Source: a virus. From it: 64,000 nt of DNA. The stretch is from positions 29,557-93,556 of the IMG/VR virus record IMGVR_UViG_3300033144_007170. The stretch is one strand, 5' to 3'. Both the position numbers and the translations under genes were made by a program. The notes under the pieces were generated by a model. It searched no databases. It was not told where the DNA came from and saw nothing but the letters and a program-made list of their open reading frames with translations. Below, in pieces: positions 17,998 to 27,915 of the stretch. How positions within the stretch are numbered: the stretch's first letter is position 1; every line of letters starts with the position of its first letter.

Positions 17998-19812
17998 TTA
18001 TTTTTCCGGTTCTACTTCAACTTTATTTTTATTGTTTTCAGCTCTTATTTTATTAGAGAGAAGCTGATCTTTTGCTTTATTTAAAATTGAATTTAAAGCT
18101 TTATTTATATCGGTATTCAAATCCTCAGAATTTTCAGCAGCGGGCCCTTCTAATAAAACTGTTGGGTTATTAGTGGCGGAAGCGTTACCCTCAAGAACAT
18201 CTATAAGTTGTTGTAAATCGGCAAAAAATCCTCTATCTAAGAGTCTGGTAACAATAGCGAGGGGATAATCCCCCCATTCTTCGTCAATTTCTTCAAAGTC
18301 TAAGCCTAATGCTCGGTTTGCTATTTCGAGAGATTGGTTAATTGTGAGTATTCCGGCATTAGACACGGAGTCGAAACCTCTCATCAACCCCTCACCGGTA
18401 ACTAACGGCGGGCCGCCAGACTTAAATGCCCAATACTTGCTATCGAGTTCTGTCATTATAGTATTATTATAGATCTCATCTTCAATATTCCGTTCCGGCT
18501 CAAATACTTGTTCTTCCGCAATTATACGTGAGTGTTCTATAACGGCCCTATTATAATCACTTGACCGGCCCACATAGATCATCGGAAGTCTAAAATCCAT
18601 ACGAAGCTTTTCTTCTGTGGATTCTATATATTTTTGGAACATGGCATCTTCAGCTCTCGCTTCGTTCAGAGGTTTTAAATCTATTCTTGGAACTAATTTA
18701 TCATCAATTCCGCCCTCCGCTTGGGCTTCCAATAAAAGAATACGATTGAAGTTTTGGTATCCTTTTGCTTGTCTCAGCAATCCCTCAATAGTATCCATAC
18801 TATCCTGAGTCAGTATTCCTCCGGATATCATAATCACCAAAGGGGGGATGCCTTGGGAGTCGAACAGATCATAATTTATATAATCCGCACTTCTGACTCC
18901 AATGACTCCAAGTACATTTCCTATCCATCTCGGAAGTCCATAAGTATCTGCCCCATTTTTAAAGTGAATAAGTTCTGAAGCAATCTCTTTAACCGGAGCC
19001 TCATCTTCAAATTTACCTGTTATAGCATCCATCTGTCGAGGATCTCCGTATTCCTTGAACCATCTTATATTACCTTTAGCGGCTCCGGGGAGTACCTGAG
19101 CAAACCTCCTGAATTTTTTCCGTATAGTTATTGGCTTATCTTTCCCATTACGGGGAAGTTTTACTGTAATTTCCTGCGGTATTTCCTTTGTGAGAGTTGC
19201 AAGACGTATATACTTTGCTTGTGTTGAATATATACAAGCGATTTCTCCATCTTGAGATCGGGTCACTTCCATATACGCATAACCTAAAACCTCATAATCC
19301 ACCCGCATTGTTCTCCGTACAGTTTTAAAAGATTGACGTTCGTTTGCTTTGCGGAAAAAATCCGTAAGTCTTTTTTTATCTTTTTTAGCGTCGTCGGAAT
19401 CTTTCTTTCCTGTAGGTCCTATATATTTAAAGATAATATCAAACCCATCTATATTTTGTACATACGCATCTATATGCGGGGACAGAATAGAACTGGACTC
19501 ATACATAGAATAAAGCTGTGTCGGGGAGTAAGGAGGTACCATAAGACCGTATAGATCATAAGAACCCAAAAAGATATCGTCGGGTTGAAGCTGCCGGGAA
19601 TATACAACTTTTTCCGTAGAGTTAGTTACAGGCGCAGAAGAATAAAAAGGAGCGGGCAAAGGCAAATTTCTATCTCTTTGTTTTGCTTTGTATGAAGATA
19701 TATCATTCAATCTCCTATTTAGTCTATGTACTTGACTTTCTTTTATTGGTTCTTCCCTATTATCTTTTTGTTTATCTTTTTGTTTAGTTTTTTGTTTAGT
19801 TTTCCGTTTCAT
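17998..19812 (-). CDS. phage portal protein (PBSX/XkdE-like)
   Basis: PPY.P..L..., D..VLGYAYMEV.R, ELIHFK...YGLPRW, F...GIP..I...GG, ILTIN motifs. Confidence 0.9.
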   Translation of the reverse strand: MKRKTKQKTKQKDKQKDNREEPIKESQVHRLNRRLNDISSYKAKQRDRNLPLPAPFYSSAPVTNSTEKVVYSRQLQPDDIFLGSYDLYGLMVPPYSPTQLYSMYESSSILSPHIDAYVQNIDGFDIIFKYIGPTGKKDSDDAKKDKKRLTDFFRKANERQSFKTVRRTMRVDYEVLGYAYMEVTRSQDGEIACIYSTQAKYIRLATLTKEIPQEITVKLPRNGKDKPITIRKKFRRFAQVLPGAAKGNIRWFKEYGDPRQMDAITGKFEDEAPVKEIASELIHFKNGADTYGLPRWIGNVLGVIGVRSADYINYDLFDSQGIPPLVIMISGGILTQDSMDTIEGLLRQAKGYQNFNRILLLEAQAEGGIDDKLVPRIDLKPLNEARAEDAMFQKYIESTEEKLRMDFRLPMIYVGRSSDYNRAVIEHSRIIAEEQVFEPERNIEDEIYNNTIMTELDSKYWAFKSGGPPLVTGEGLMRGFDSVSNAGILTINQSLEIANRALGLDFEEIDEEWGDYPLAIVTRLLDRGFFADLQQLIDVLEGNASATNNPTVLLEGPAAENSEDLNTDINKALNSILNKAKDQLLSNKIRAENNKNKVEVEPEK

Positions 19813-19880
19813 AATGACTCTCCAATTATCTGTTTGTGTATATCCCTTGTTAATTCCCTGTATTTTTTACAGGCTCTTTT

Positions 19881-20075
19881 TTAATCTTCAGTTATTCTAG
19901 AGGCCTTAATTAATACTAAGCCTTTATCCCTGTCCATAATGGCAGGATGGATTCTATATTCTTTACCTCTAAAAATAATTCTATCGATGCCCACATAAAT
20001 ATTATATTCTGTTATTTCGGTTACATAAAGCTTGTTCTTACAATCATAAAAAGATATCTGGGTTTCCATTTTCAA
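19881..20075 (-). CDS. hypothetical protein, paralogue of 17206-17433
   Basis: clear visual alignment with 17206-17433. Confidence 0.65.
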   Translation of the reverse strand: MKMETQISFYDCKNKLYVTEITEYNIYVGIDRIIFRGKEYRIHPAIMDRDKGLVLIKASRITED

Positions 20076-20129
20076 TCCCCCATAGCTATTTGTTTAGTTT
20101 TTTGTTTGGGCTGTTGTTTTCTCATAATT

Positions 20130-20315
20130 TTATTCCTTAAATTTTAAAGGGCATAAATCCGGAGTACAATTTCCTTCATAGAGATTTGGGTTATCTAGAT
20201 TAGTGCAGAATTTCAATACGGGTTCTTGTTCTCTATAGTTTTTGCCTCCGGTTATTTCATTTTCTTCCCATCGAGCACTTAAATACGTGCATCCTTTTCC
20301 ATACCATGCTTTCAT
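20130..20315 (-). CDS. Cys-rich hypothetical protein
   Basis: 61 aa, FC....EGNC...CP motif. Confidence 0.55.
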   Translation of the reverse strand: MKAWYGKGCTYLSARWEENEITGGKNYREQEPVLKFCTNLDNPNLYEGNCTPDLCPLKFKE

Positions 20316-20356
20316 AATTTCAGTTCCTCCATAGAATAAAGATTATCCCCTATCTG
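20312..20356 (-). repeat. duplicate of the DNA polymerase 3' end
   Basis: 39/45 nt identical to 20610-20654; encodes QIGDNLYSMEELKL* versus QIGDTLYSMKEMKL*. Confidence 0.85.
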
Positions 20357-20373
20357 AAATATTGTTTTCTTTT

Positions 20374-20613
20374 TCACAATTTAATTTCTTTTAAAATATC
20401 TACCCCTATACATACCGCATTAACCGTAGCAATTAAAGCAGCAATACATAGAAGAGAAAGACTTAGAGTTGCAAATCCGAAAACCCACAGGTCCATATAG
20501 GGTACATAAATTAAAGAGTTCCCAATTATTCGGATAAAGAAAAGACCTGTATAATAGGGGAGAAAGATTATCGTCGAAACTAATAGTATAGAAACTACTG
20601 TTTTTCTTATCAT
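20374..20613 (-). CDS. small membrane protein (2 TM)
   Basis: two long hydrophobic segments. Confidence 0.55.
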   Translation of the reverse strand: MIRKTVVSILLVSTIIFLPYYTGLFFIRIIGNSLIYVPYMDLWVFGFATLSLSLLCIAALIATVNAVCIGVDILKEIKL

Positions 20614-23195
20614 AATTTCATTTCCTTCATGGAATAAAGAGTATCCCCAATTTGTATATCAACTTTCATGGGAACACTTAATTCAAACCCAAAATCTGTA
20701 AGAGTATCTACATGCTCCATTCTATATTTTAATTCTTTTGCATAATATTCTATTTTATCTTCTTTAACTTCATAAACTAAAGAATCGTGGACAAAATTAA
20801 CTTCTTTTATGTTTATTTCATCTATAAAACCGCTTTTATACATTTGGCATCCGCCAAGAAGAGTATAATCAGAACTTGGTCCTTGTATTTTTACATTCAC
20901 TCCTTCTCTCTCTGTCCTTTTTACTGTTTTTTCATCTTTGGAGCTGAGATTTCTAAGATATCTATTTCGTCCGAAAATAGTCCGTACTTTACCATCTCTG
21001 TACATTTCTTGAATACATTTATCTTGCCATTCTTTTACTTTAGGGTATAAAGTATGCCAAGCTTCCCACATTTCTTTTGCTTCTTGTATAGATAATTTTA
21101 TTCCGTAATCATTAAGGGCATATTCTTTCAATCCCGGCACACTTAGAAGGTAAGAAAGGCCGAAATTAGCAGGCTTGGCTTTTTGCCGTGCTGTTTTTTG
21201 CCCAGCTTGGCTTAATTCCTCCCATTTCTTTCCTGTCCGCTCCACAAATGTTTTTGCAGTAATTATATGTATATCTTCATTATTTCTATAAGCTTCGAGC
21301 ATTCTTTCATCTTGAGATTCATGGGCTATAAAACGTAACTCCGCTTGGGATAAATCTATATTTAATAATTTATATCCCTTCGGGGCTATAAATAAACTCT
21401 TAACTATCTTTTTTTGTTTTTTATTTCTGGAAGGAAATACCATAGTGTTTGGCTTGCGAGCGCCCACACGCCCTGTTACAGTAAAACATATACTCATAGA
21501 AGTATGTAATCTGTCGTCGGAAGCTATGTGCTCTTGATAACTTTTTAGATAGTGCGTTTGGATAGTATGTAGTTCTTCCCTGTTTTCTCTCCATTCTATG
21601 AATTCCCGGACTCCTTTTTTGGAATTGTTTTTTATTTGTTTTAAAACCTCTTTACTTACTTGAGGTACTTTTTTGTTCGGAGTACTCTTTGCTGTAAATG
21701 CTTTGGGAGTTAGCCCAAAACCTTCTTCTGAAAAAAGAATATCTATTATTAATCTGCTTCTATTCAAATTTAAAACACCTTTTTCATTTACAAATTTGGC
21801 ATGTTTGTCTTGAATAGCTTGCGGTATTCTTTTTACGCATTCTTTTTCGCAAATATCTAATTCTTCAAGGACTTCAAGTTCTGCTTTTCTAATGCCCTTT
21901 TTATCTATTAGAATCCCATTTTTGGAAATATTATATAAAACAGTCTCGGATACCGGATGTACTAATTTCATATAATAGTTTGCAGTTCTTGGATCCTTCA
22001 TCATTTCTTCTCTGACGGCGAGTCCTACTCTTCTCGTACCGTCTGCGTCCTTAATAGCGTAGAGATTAAACGCTTCTCGATTCTCTCTTAAGGAAAACAA
22101 CATATCCTCTTTTTTGTAGGTTGCTGAGAATTCTTCTTTCCAGGCAGGCATTGTTGTAAAGGATTGTACAAGAGATTCCAAAGAATTGTTTAGATGTAAT
22201 TCTGGATCCAGAGCATGACTTGCAATTTGTGTATCCATTACGTGATTAATAATGGGGGGGAATCTGCCAGATTCAAATACATGGCAATCATACCCTATAC
22301 CGTTTTTGGTATATTTTTTTATGTCGCTACGAATTAAAAGTTCATGCAATTCTTTAACTTTAGTATCGTAATTATCCGACTTTCTGAGAAAAACAGGTAC
22401 GTCTTCTTTATCCCGATTCCAGACAATACATTTATCATGCTTTGGTATTTCATCCTCAAGGGGTAGGACTTCCTCCCATAAAACTATGTTATACCCAGTT
22501 CTCTCTTCATCTGAAATTGAATAGGATATAAAAACAAAATTGTCATCGAACCATCGCAGCCCCTGAGTTTCGGTATCTATCCCGATTGTTATATCTTTTT
22601 TATCTAAGATAAACTGAATAGAATTAACTTCTTTATAAGAAGTTTCTTCGGAAGGGACAGTAAAATTGTTATCTATAAAGTTTCTGAGGGTTCTTAAATC
22701 TTGCTGGAATTTCGGCAGATCGCTTTCATTCCGCAATGTTGCCGAGGGATGCAAAGTATATAATACTTGGCAATTAAACTCTTCGGAGAAGGCCCAATTA
22801 CCCCGTCTTTTCTTTATCCCGGTTATAGGTGTACCCATAACGGAATGAGAAGCGATCCCCCCGCAAGCAACAATAACTTTGGGTTTTATATATTCTATAG
22901 TAGTTTTAAGGGCGCCTCTACAACTTTTTAAGATTTGTTTGATTTGAGAATCAGAAAGAGAGTTTTTATTTAGTATGCACCGTGAGGCATTCAATACAAA
23001 TACTTCTTCTCTTTTGAGTCCTATTTTATTAAGTTCCGTTTCCCATCTCTTTCCTGCTTTGCCCACAACAGGTCTTTTTTCCTGAAGTTCGGTATAGCCG
23101 GGAGATTCAAAAGTAAATAGGATGTCTGCTTCCAGATTGCCCTCGAACTTCACTTCTTGATTTCCGGCTGATATACAATCGCAATTTTTTGACAC
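20610..23195 (-). CDS. polA: family A DNA polymerase with N-terminal UDG-like domain and 3'-5' exonuclease (SPO1-type)
   Basis: ESPG..E..RPVVG.AG and LHPS UDG-4 motifs; DTET exo I; TGR; DLSQAELR, RQKAKPANFGLSY, VHDS pol motifs A/B/C. Confidence 0.95.
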   Translation of the reverse strand: MSKNCDCISAGNQEVKFEGNLEADILFTFESPGYTELQEKRPVVGKAGKRWETELNKIGLKREEVFVLNASRCILNKNSLSDSQIKQILKSCRGALKTTIEYIKPKVIVACGGIASHSVMGTPITGIKKRRGNWAFSEEFNCQVLYTLHPSATLRNESDLPKFQQDLRTLRNFIDNNFTVPSEETSYKEVNSIQFILDKKDITIGIDTETQGLRWFDDNFVFISYSISDEERTGYNIVLWEEVLPLEDEIPKHDKCIVWNRDKEDVPVFLRKSDNYDTKVKELHELLIRSDIKKYTKNGIGYDCHVFESGRFPPIINHVMDTQIASHALDPELHLNNSLESLVQSFTTMPAWKEEFSATYKKEDMLFSLRENREAFNLYAIKDADGTRRVGLAVREEMMKDPRTANYYMKLVHPVSETVLYNISKNGILIDKKGIRKAELEVLEELDICEKECVKRIPQAIQDKHAKFVNEKGVLNLNRSRLIIDILFSEEGFGLTPKAFTAKSTPNKKVPQVSKEVLKQIKNNSKKGVREFIEWRENREELHTIQTHYLKSYQEHIASDDRLHTSMSICFTVTGRVGARKPNTMVFPSRNKKQKKIVKSLFIAPKGYKLLNIDLSQAELRFIAHESQDERMLEAYRNNEDIHIITAKTFVERTGKKWEELSQAGQKTARQKAKPANFGLSYLLSVPGLKEYALNDYGIKLSIQEAKEMWEAWHTLYPKVKEWQDKCIQEMYRDGKVRTIFGRNRYLRNLSSKDEKTVKRTEREGVNVKIQGPSSDYTLLGGCQMYKSGFIDEINIKEVNFVHDSLVYEVKEDKIEYYAKELKYRMEHVDTLTDFGFELSVPMKVDIQIGDTLYSMKEMKL

Positions 23196-23443
23196 TATAG
23201 AACCCCTTTAAAATTTCTATAAAGGATTTCGTTTTTAGAAATACATTTTTCGTTCCTTACAATAGTATTTAATTCTGAAATAGAATTAAAAGAAGCGCAA
23301 CCCTTCCCCACATGAATAAAGCCATGCAGTTTTGAGTCCCCCCCATCATAAGTTGTGACGTCAAAGGATAAATCATGTAATTTAGGTACTTGTTTTTGAA
23401 TGTCTTTGTAAATTGCCATAAGGTAACTTTCTATTTTATCCAT
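23195..23443 (-). CDS. hypothetical protein
   Basis: 82-aa ORF with SD AAGGAG. Confidence 0.55.
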   Translation of the reverse strand: MDKIESYLMAIYKDIQKQVPKLHDLSFDVTTYDGGDSKLHGFIHVGKGCASFNSISELNTIVRNEKCISKNEILYRNFKGVL

Positions 23444-23467
23444 GTTTTCTTTTCTCCTTTTTGTTTT

Positions 23468-23637
23468 ATTATCTATCTAAAAAGGAGCACGACCACACAT
23501 ATCTTGGTTTTTGCTGCGGCATGACTTGACCGAATATACCAAGTTTTCGACCCCCGTCCAGACTTTCGTTGCTGACCTTCCCAGCAAGATCTGTGAAAAT
23601 TTTTTTTAATGTCTGCGCTCCTTTTTAGATAGATAAT
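23468..23637 (-). ncRNA. putative 170-nt rod-shaped RNA
   Basis: perfect 21-bp terminal inverted repeat plus inner stems; begins just after promoter 23650-23678. Confidence 0.55.
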
Positions 23638-23649
23638 TAATTTAAAGAC

Positions 23650-23678
23650 TACTTAACATAGATAAAACTAAAAGTCAA
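23650..23678 (-). promoter_or_regulatory. sigma70-like promoter
   Basis: TTGACT-17 nt-TAAGTA, spacer nearly identical to 15739-15767. Confidence 0.6.
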
Positions 23679-23682
23679 CAAA

Positions 23683-23952
23683 TTATTTCAGCCAAATTTC
23701 ATCTTCCACCATTATTTTTAAAATATCGCCGTGGCACGCTAATGGCTTACACCAACACCCTAATGTTTTTCCTATAAGCTCAGGCAAGGCTTGAATAAGG
23801 TCGGATCTGTACATTATATAGGCTTCGTATTTAGATATAACTTCGTCTCTCGTTCCGTCTTTACCTATTCTAAATGGATTTTCCCATTTAGAAGGTCTTC
23901 CGATATAAACATCATAAGGTTCTTTTTTACAGTGTACGACTTTTATAGACAT
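23683..23952 (-). CDS. DUF4326 protein
   Basis: VVHCKKEPYDVYIGRPSKW.NPF...L.GKTLGCWCKP..CHGDIL. Confidence 0.9.
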   Translation of the reverse strand: MSIKVVHCKKEPYDVYIGRPSKWENPFRIGKDGTRDEVISKYEAYIMYRSDLIQALPELIGKTLGCWCKPLACHGDILKIMVEDEIWLK

Positions 23953-23973
23953 ATATGTACTCCTTTCTATATC

Positions 23974-25086
23974 TTAAGATTTTTCTTTCTTTTTCTTGCA
24001 GAGTTCTTTGGCTGTGCGTATCGCCCCCATCCATTTTGGGGTTAATAATTCCGCCCTGTATTTTTGTACTACAGCTTCTCTTGCGGCAGTCCCTAAAAAC
24101 TTTCGTTGTTTTTCATTGTCTATTAAAGCTTTTATATTATTAACCCAATCTTCGTTAACATTTTGTACAGCAAGTATGGGGAAATTATCTTCGTATGCTC
24201 TTTTATAAGGACCGAAATTAGAGGCTATTGTCGGGATTGAAAGTAAAGAATAATGAAGCAGTCGAATATTGGATCTTGCGTTTGAAAAATCAGATTCAGA
24301 TAAAGGGGCAAGCCCTATCGAAAATTGGAGCTTATGCATTAAATCCGGGAATTCTGCTACATCAGTGAATTCATAGAAAAATACTTGTTCCGGAAAATCT
24401 TTAAGTAGGGAGTCTATTTTATCTCCGATGGTTACAAATTTAACATCCGGATAATCGGTTAAAATTTTATGCATGGGTTCTTCAAGAATCTTTAAATCTT
24501 CGGAATGATAGTGGCCGCCTGCCCAGCCCACTATAAAATCCGGTTGATTGTAGTTTTTCTTTTTTGGCGCATCCCACATTTCAATATCAATATAATTAGG
24601 AATAACCTGGATAGGGGTTATAGTATACTCTTCTGCGGATTCTTTTATCTTTTCCTCAGTAACTACAATTACATCGACAAGTTGCATCATGTTTCTTATA
24701 TCTTCGGCTACTCTTTCAGTATCCGTGGCTTCATATTCTTTAGCTTCCGGATAATTAAAAATGTCATCGTCGATATCGAACAGGGTAGCCGTATTTGTCA
24801 TCCTACAATACTGCACCAGGGCTTCCATAGATCTACCGCCCACTCTTTGAAACACTACAACATCTGCCCAGTCAATGGTTTCCTTGGTAAATTTAGCAAA
24901 CATTACGCCACAGTTTGCAGCTTTGGCTCTCGAAAGATACTTACTTGGAATTAAAGCTCTTTGATGGACAATAGCCCGTGAGCCCGAACCAAGAAAAAAT
25001 ACATTAGGTACAGAGGGAGAAGATCTATGGAAAAGATCAGAAACAGGGTTTGCGGATTGACCGCCGAAAGTAGATTTATTTTTCAT
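23974..25086 (-). CDS. glycosyltransferase, GT-B fold (GT4-like)
   Basis: DVVVFQR, FDIDDD, VIPNYID, VGWAGG..H..DL, IGLAPL..FSNARS, PTIAS. Confidence 0.85.
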   Translation of the reverse strand: MKNKSTFGGQSANPVSDLFHRSSPSVPNVFFLGSGSRAIVHQRALIPSKYLSRAKAANCGVMFAKFTKETIDWADVVVFQRVGGRSMEALVQYCRMTNTATLFDIDDDIFNYPEAKEYEATDTERVAEDIRNMMQLVDVIVVTEEKIKESAEEYTITPIQVIPNYIDIEMWDAPKKKNYNQPDFIVGWAGGHYHSEDLKILEEPMHKILTDYPDVKFVTIGDKIDSLLKDFPEQVFFYEFTDVAEFPDLMHKLQFSIGLAPLSESDFSNARSNIRLLHYSLLSIPTIASNFGPYKRAYEDNFPILAVQNVNEDWVNNIKALIDNEKQRKFLGTAAREAVVQKYRAELLTPKWMGAIRTAKELCKKKKEKS

Positions 25087-25101
25087 TTGATTTCCTTAAT
25101 G

Positions 25102-26079
25102 TTATAAAGAGTTTTCATATAAAGTTAGACTATTAAAAATTCGATTCTGTCTATTTTTCCCTGTGTGTCTCTTTTTTAAAAAAGAAGAGAAATTCATTTT
25201 TTTAAATATATTAGGCTGATTGCACCAAGCTGCAAGGTCGATATAAAAATCTGAGTATTCATTATCCCAGCAACTAATATCTCTCATTATGTAAGGCAAA
25301 CATTGCCATTTTTTTAAATATTTTATTCTTAAAACAGTTTCAGAAAGGTTCATATTTGGATGGATATAGACAAAAAATTTCAATTGGAACGCTTTTCTCC
25401 AACTAAGAAATTTTAATTTATTTTCTATGACCTTTTTATATTCAATAGAATCGAAAGCGAATGTATAATCCCCTAAATAATTTAATTTATTTAATAGTTC
25501 GCTATTTTCTTTATCTATCAATCTAATATCTAAGCCTTGATTAAATTGACAATTGATTTTTTTTGTAATTAATTCTCGCAGAAGAATTTTGTGATTCGGT
25601 AAAGCTAAAAAATTATTATCTAAAAATTTAACTTTTTTATGCTTTACAATATCGTCTATAGTATTTACTTGTCTTAATTTACCCTCTTTTTTAGGTACAC
25701 AGCAGAAAAAACAATTTCGGATACACCCTCTGGAGATAAAACCATAGGAAATATCACACTCAGGGTATAGGGAGTAATCAGGGGCAAGGTTTTCTATTTT
25801 ATCCGGTAAAGTTTTATAAAGATTTACTCCCGTACCTCCAAAATTAATATTTCTACCCCAAATATATTTAGCATTATCTTTAAAAATAACACTACAAAAT
25901 GCTAAATCTACATTATTTGTTTCTTTTATCTTATGATCAATCTTTTTTTTATTTGGGTAATATGGAATATTAAGTCGAATTAACTTAACCGTAGCCCCTT
26001 TATTTTTATAATATTGTGACAATTTCATTAAAACTATATTGGGAATAACTGAATCGGCGTCTATCAATAAGACCTTCAT
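25102..26079 (-). CDS. radical SAM protein (phage-type)
   Basis: SRGCIRNCFFCCVP CxxxCxxC motif; DADS.IPN..LMKLS, PDYSLYP, DNNFLA, FNQGLD.RL. Confidence 0.88.
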   Translation of the reverse strand: MKVLLIDADSVIPNIVLMKLSQYYKNKGATVKLIRLNIPYYPNKKKIDHKIKETNNVDLAFCSVIFKDNAKYIWGRNINFGGTGVNLYKTLPDKIENLAPDYSLYPECDISYGFISRGCIRNCFFCCVPKKEGKLRQVNTIDDIVKHKKVKFLDNNFLALPNHKILLRELITKKINCQFNQGLDIRLIDKENSELLNKLNYLGDYTFAFDSIEYKKVIENKLKFLSWRKAFQLKFFVYIHPNMNLSETVLRIKYLKKWQCLPYIMRDISCWDNEYSDFYIDLAAWCNQPNIFKKMNFSSFLKKRHTGKNRQNRIFNSLTLYENSL

Positions 26080-26082
26080 TTT

Positions 26083-26835
26083 TTATACCTGTGTTTTTTG
26101 TTTTGCAAGATTCTTCCGTGAGGAAGCACTACCTTCCATATTAATAGAATCGCCTTTTATTTTTCTTCCCTGAGCAAGATACTCAGGAAAATATGCAAAC
26201 TTTTCTTCAAGAGATAAAGCTCTAAGCAGAAAGCCCCAATCCGAGGCTCTTCTAAATGCGGCATCCTCTTCCCATAAATAATTTTTATCCCTATGGACAA
26301 ATGCGATATGGTCTATCCTATTATATAAATGCTCTATCCAGAATTGGGTTGCTTTTGTCCATTCTTCTTTTAGATCTAAAAGTTTCCCTGTTAAATTTCC
26401 TTCTTGGTCGCATTGATGTATTTCCATAAAATGGAAAGCCAAAAAAATATGTGGATTTTCGTCGAGATAGGTGACCATTTTTTCGCAACGGTTTGAAAAA
26501 TATAAATCATCATCTCCGAGATAGCTTAGATATTCAGGGCGTTCTTCTTGGGGGAGCTTCCATATATACCGAAGTCCTTGATTCACCCCAATAGCTACTC
26601 TGTTTGTTTGAGTTCTTTCAGATTCATCTTGGATGGGAATACTATTCACAAGCTTAAAAGCAGCAAATTTATCAGAGTAGCTATTTATAATATCCTTAAC
26701 TTCTTGAATACTCCCATCATCGACAACCACAACCAAAATTTGATCTGCAATAGTTTGATTTGCAATACTATTTAGAGCCTCTTTTATAAATCTTGGCCTA
26801 TTATAACTCGATACAATTACACCCAATTTAACCAT
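26083..26835 (-). CDS. glycosyltransferase family 2
   Basis: VIVSSYNR...S..NQT, VVDDGS, YLGDDD. Confidence 0.88.
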   Translation of the reverse strand: MVKLGVIVSSYNRPRFIKEALNSIANQTIADQILVVVVDDGSIQEVKDIINSYSDKFAAFKLVNSIPIQDESERTQTNRVAIGVNQGLRYIWKLPQEERPEYLSYLGDDDLYFSNRCEKMVTYLDENPHIFLAFHFMEIHQCDQEGNLTGKLLDLKEEWTKATQFWIEHLYNRIDHIAFVHRDKNYLWEEDAAFRRASDWGFLLRALSLEEKFAYFPEYLAQGRKIKGDSINMEGSASSRKNLAKQKTQV

Positions 26836-27047
26836 CTACTACATCTCCTTTTAAAATTTCTGAATAATATTTCTTGGTATTTTGCATCTTCTTTAGATTG
26901 ATGAACAATATAGGTCTTAGCAGGAATCCTATCATTTGACTTTATAGCAAGATAAAACCCATCACGGAAATACAAAACTTTAATCCACCAACAATTCTGA
27001 GCAAATAATCTATCCCCGAATATTAAAACATCAAACACTGTCAACAT
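26817..27047 (-). CDS. hypothetical protein
   Basis: 76-aa ORF ending EILFRNF motif. Confidence 0.45.
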   Translation of the reverse strand: MLTVFDVLIFGDRLFAQNCWWIKVLYFRDGFYLAIKSNDRIPAKTYIVHQSKEDAKYQEILFRNFKRRCSRWLNWV

Positions 27048-27227
27048 CTCCTTTACTTAATAATTTGCGGTATTCCTCTATTAAACAATATGCCCCAATA
27101 ACCTCAGCGTCGTCCCACTGCGGTAATTTAGTAATATCGGTAATTGTAATTAACTGCATAATTCTACTCTCAAATGCATCTATAACTCTATCCTTTAAAT
27201 CCTTCACCCTTTATTACATCTCCTTTT

Positions 27228-27539
27228 TTACATTCTAATTCTTCTCATTGTATTTATTTTTTCTGGAATTGTTACAGATTGTTTAGATTTAATAAGGATA
27301 TTACCGTAGTTTTTTTTGAATACTTTATACCCACGCATAAAATCAGATAAATCAATAAGTTTTGTTTTAGGAATAATCATAATTTCCTCTTCTCCGTGAC
27401 ATTGGAGAGTGCACCATGTAAAATTTTCGTATATGTTCCTTCTAAAAAAGATACAATCTACAGGTTTATTGCAGACACTACAAATAAAAAGACATTTTTT
27501 TGCATTTACTATATTATTACACTTTATTTTAAAGGTCAT
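27228..27539 (-). CDS. Zn-finger protein, paralogue of 27622-27915
   Basis: CSVCNKPVD...CHGEEE. Confidence 0.6.
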   Translation of the reverse strand: MTFKIKCNNIVNAKKCLFICSVCNKPVDCIFFRRNIYENFTWCTLQCHGEEEIMIIPKTKLIDLSDFMRGYKVFKKNYGNILIKSKQSVTIPEKINTMRRIRM

Positions 27540-27621
27540 AAAAAATATTTTGATCTATTTTTAATAATTGAGGAGCTCTTTCTTCGCTCTGTAGTTTTTT
27601 TGCCATCTACAACATCTCCTT

Positions 27622-27915
27622 TCAGAATTTTCGGTATAGTATTTCTTCTTTTGGCTTACGAAATTTTCGGAATAGTATTTTTCGGCGGTTAAGGCTTCCC
27701 ACAAAAACAAATTTAGGAATTATATTTTTTGATTGCTCCAATTCCGTTCTATTATACTCTATGTCGAATTCTTCTATTTCGCTATGACAAAATACGGTGA
27801 CGTGTTCTATCCTACAGATAATATCTCTATATACTGTAATTTTATCTATGTATTTATTGCATAGAGCACAAATGGGCCTTTGTATAAATTCAAAGTAATT
27901 TTTATATACAATCAT
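27622..27915 (-). CDS. Zn-finger protein, paralogue of 27228-27539
   Basis: CALCNKYID...CHSEIEE; ATG 6 nt after a -10 box (probably leaderless). Confidence 0.6.
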   Translation of the reverse strand: MIVYKNYFEFIQRPICALCNKYIDKITVYRDIICRIEHVTVFCHSEIEEFDIEYNRTELEQSKNIIPKFVFVGSLNRRKILFRKFRKPKEEILYRKF

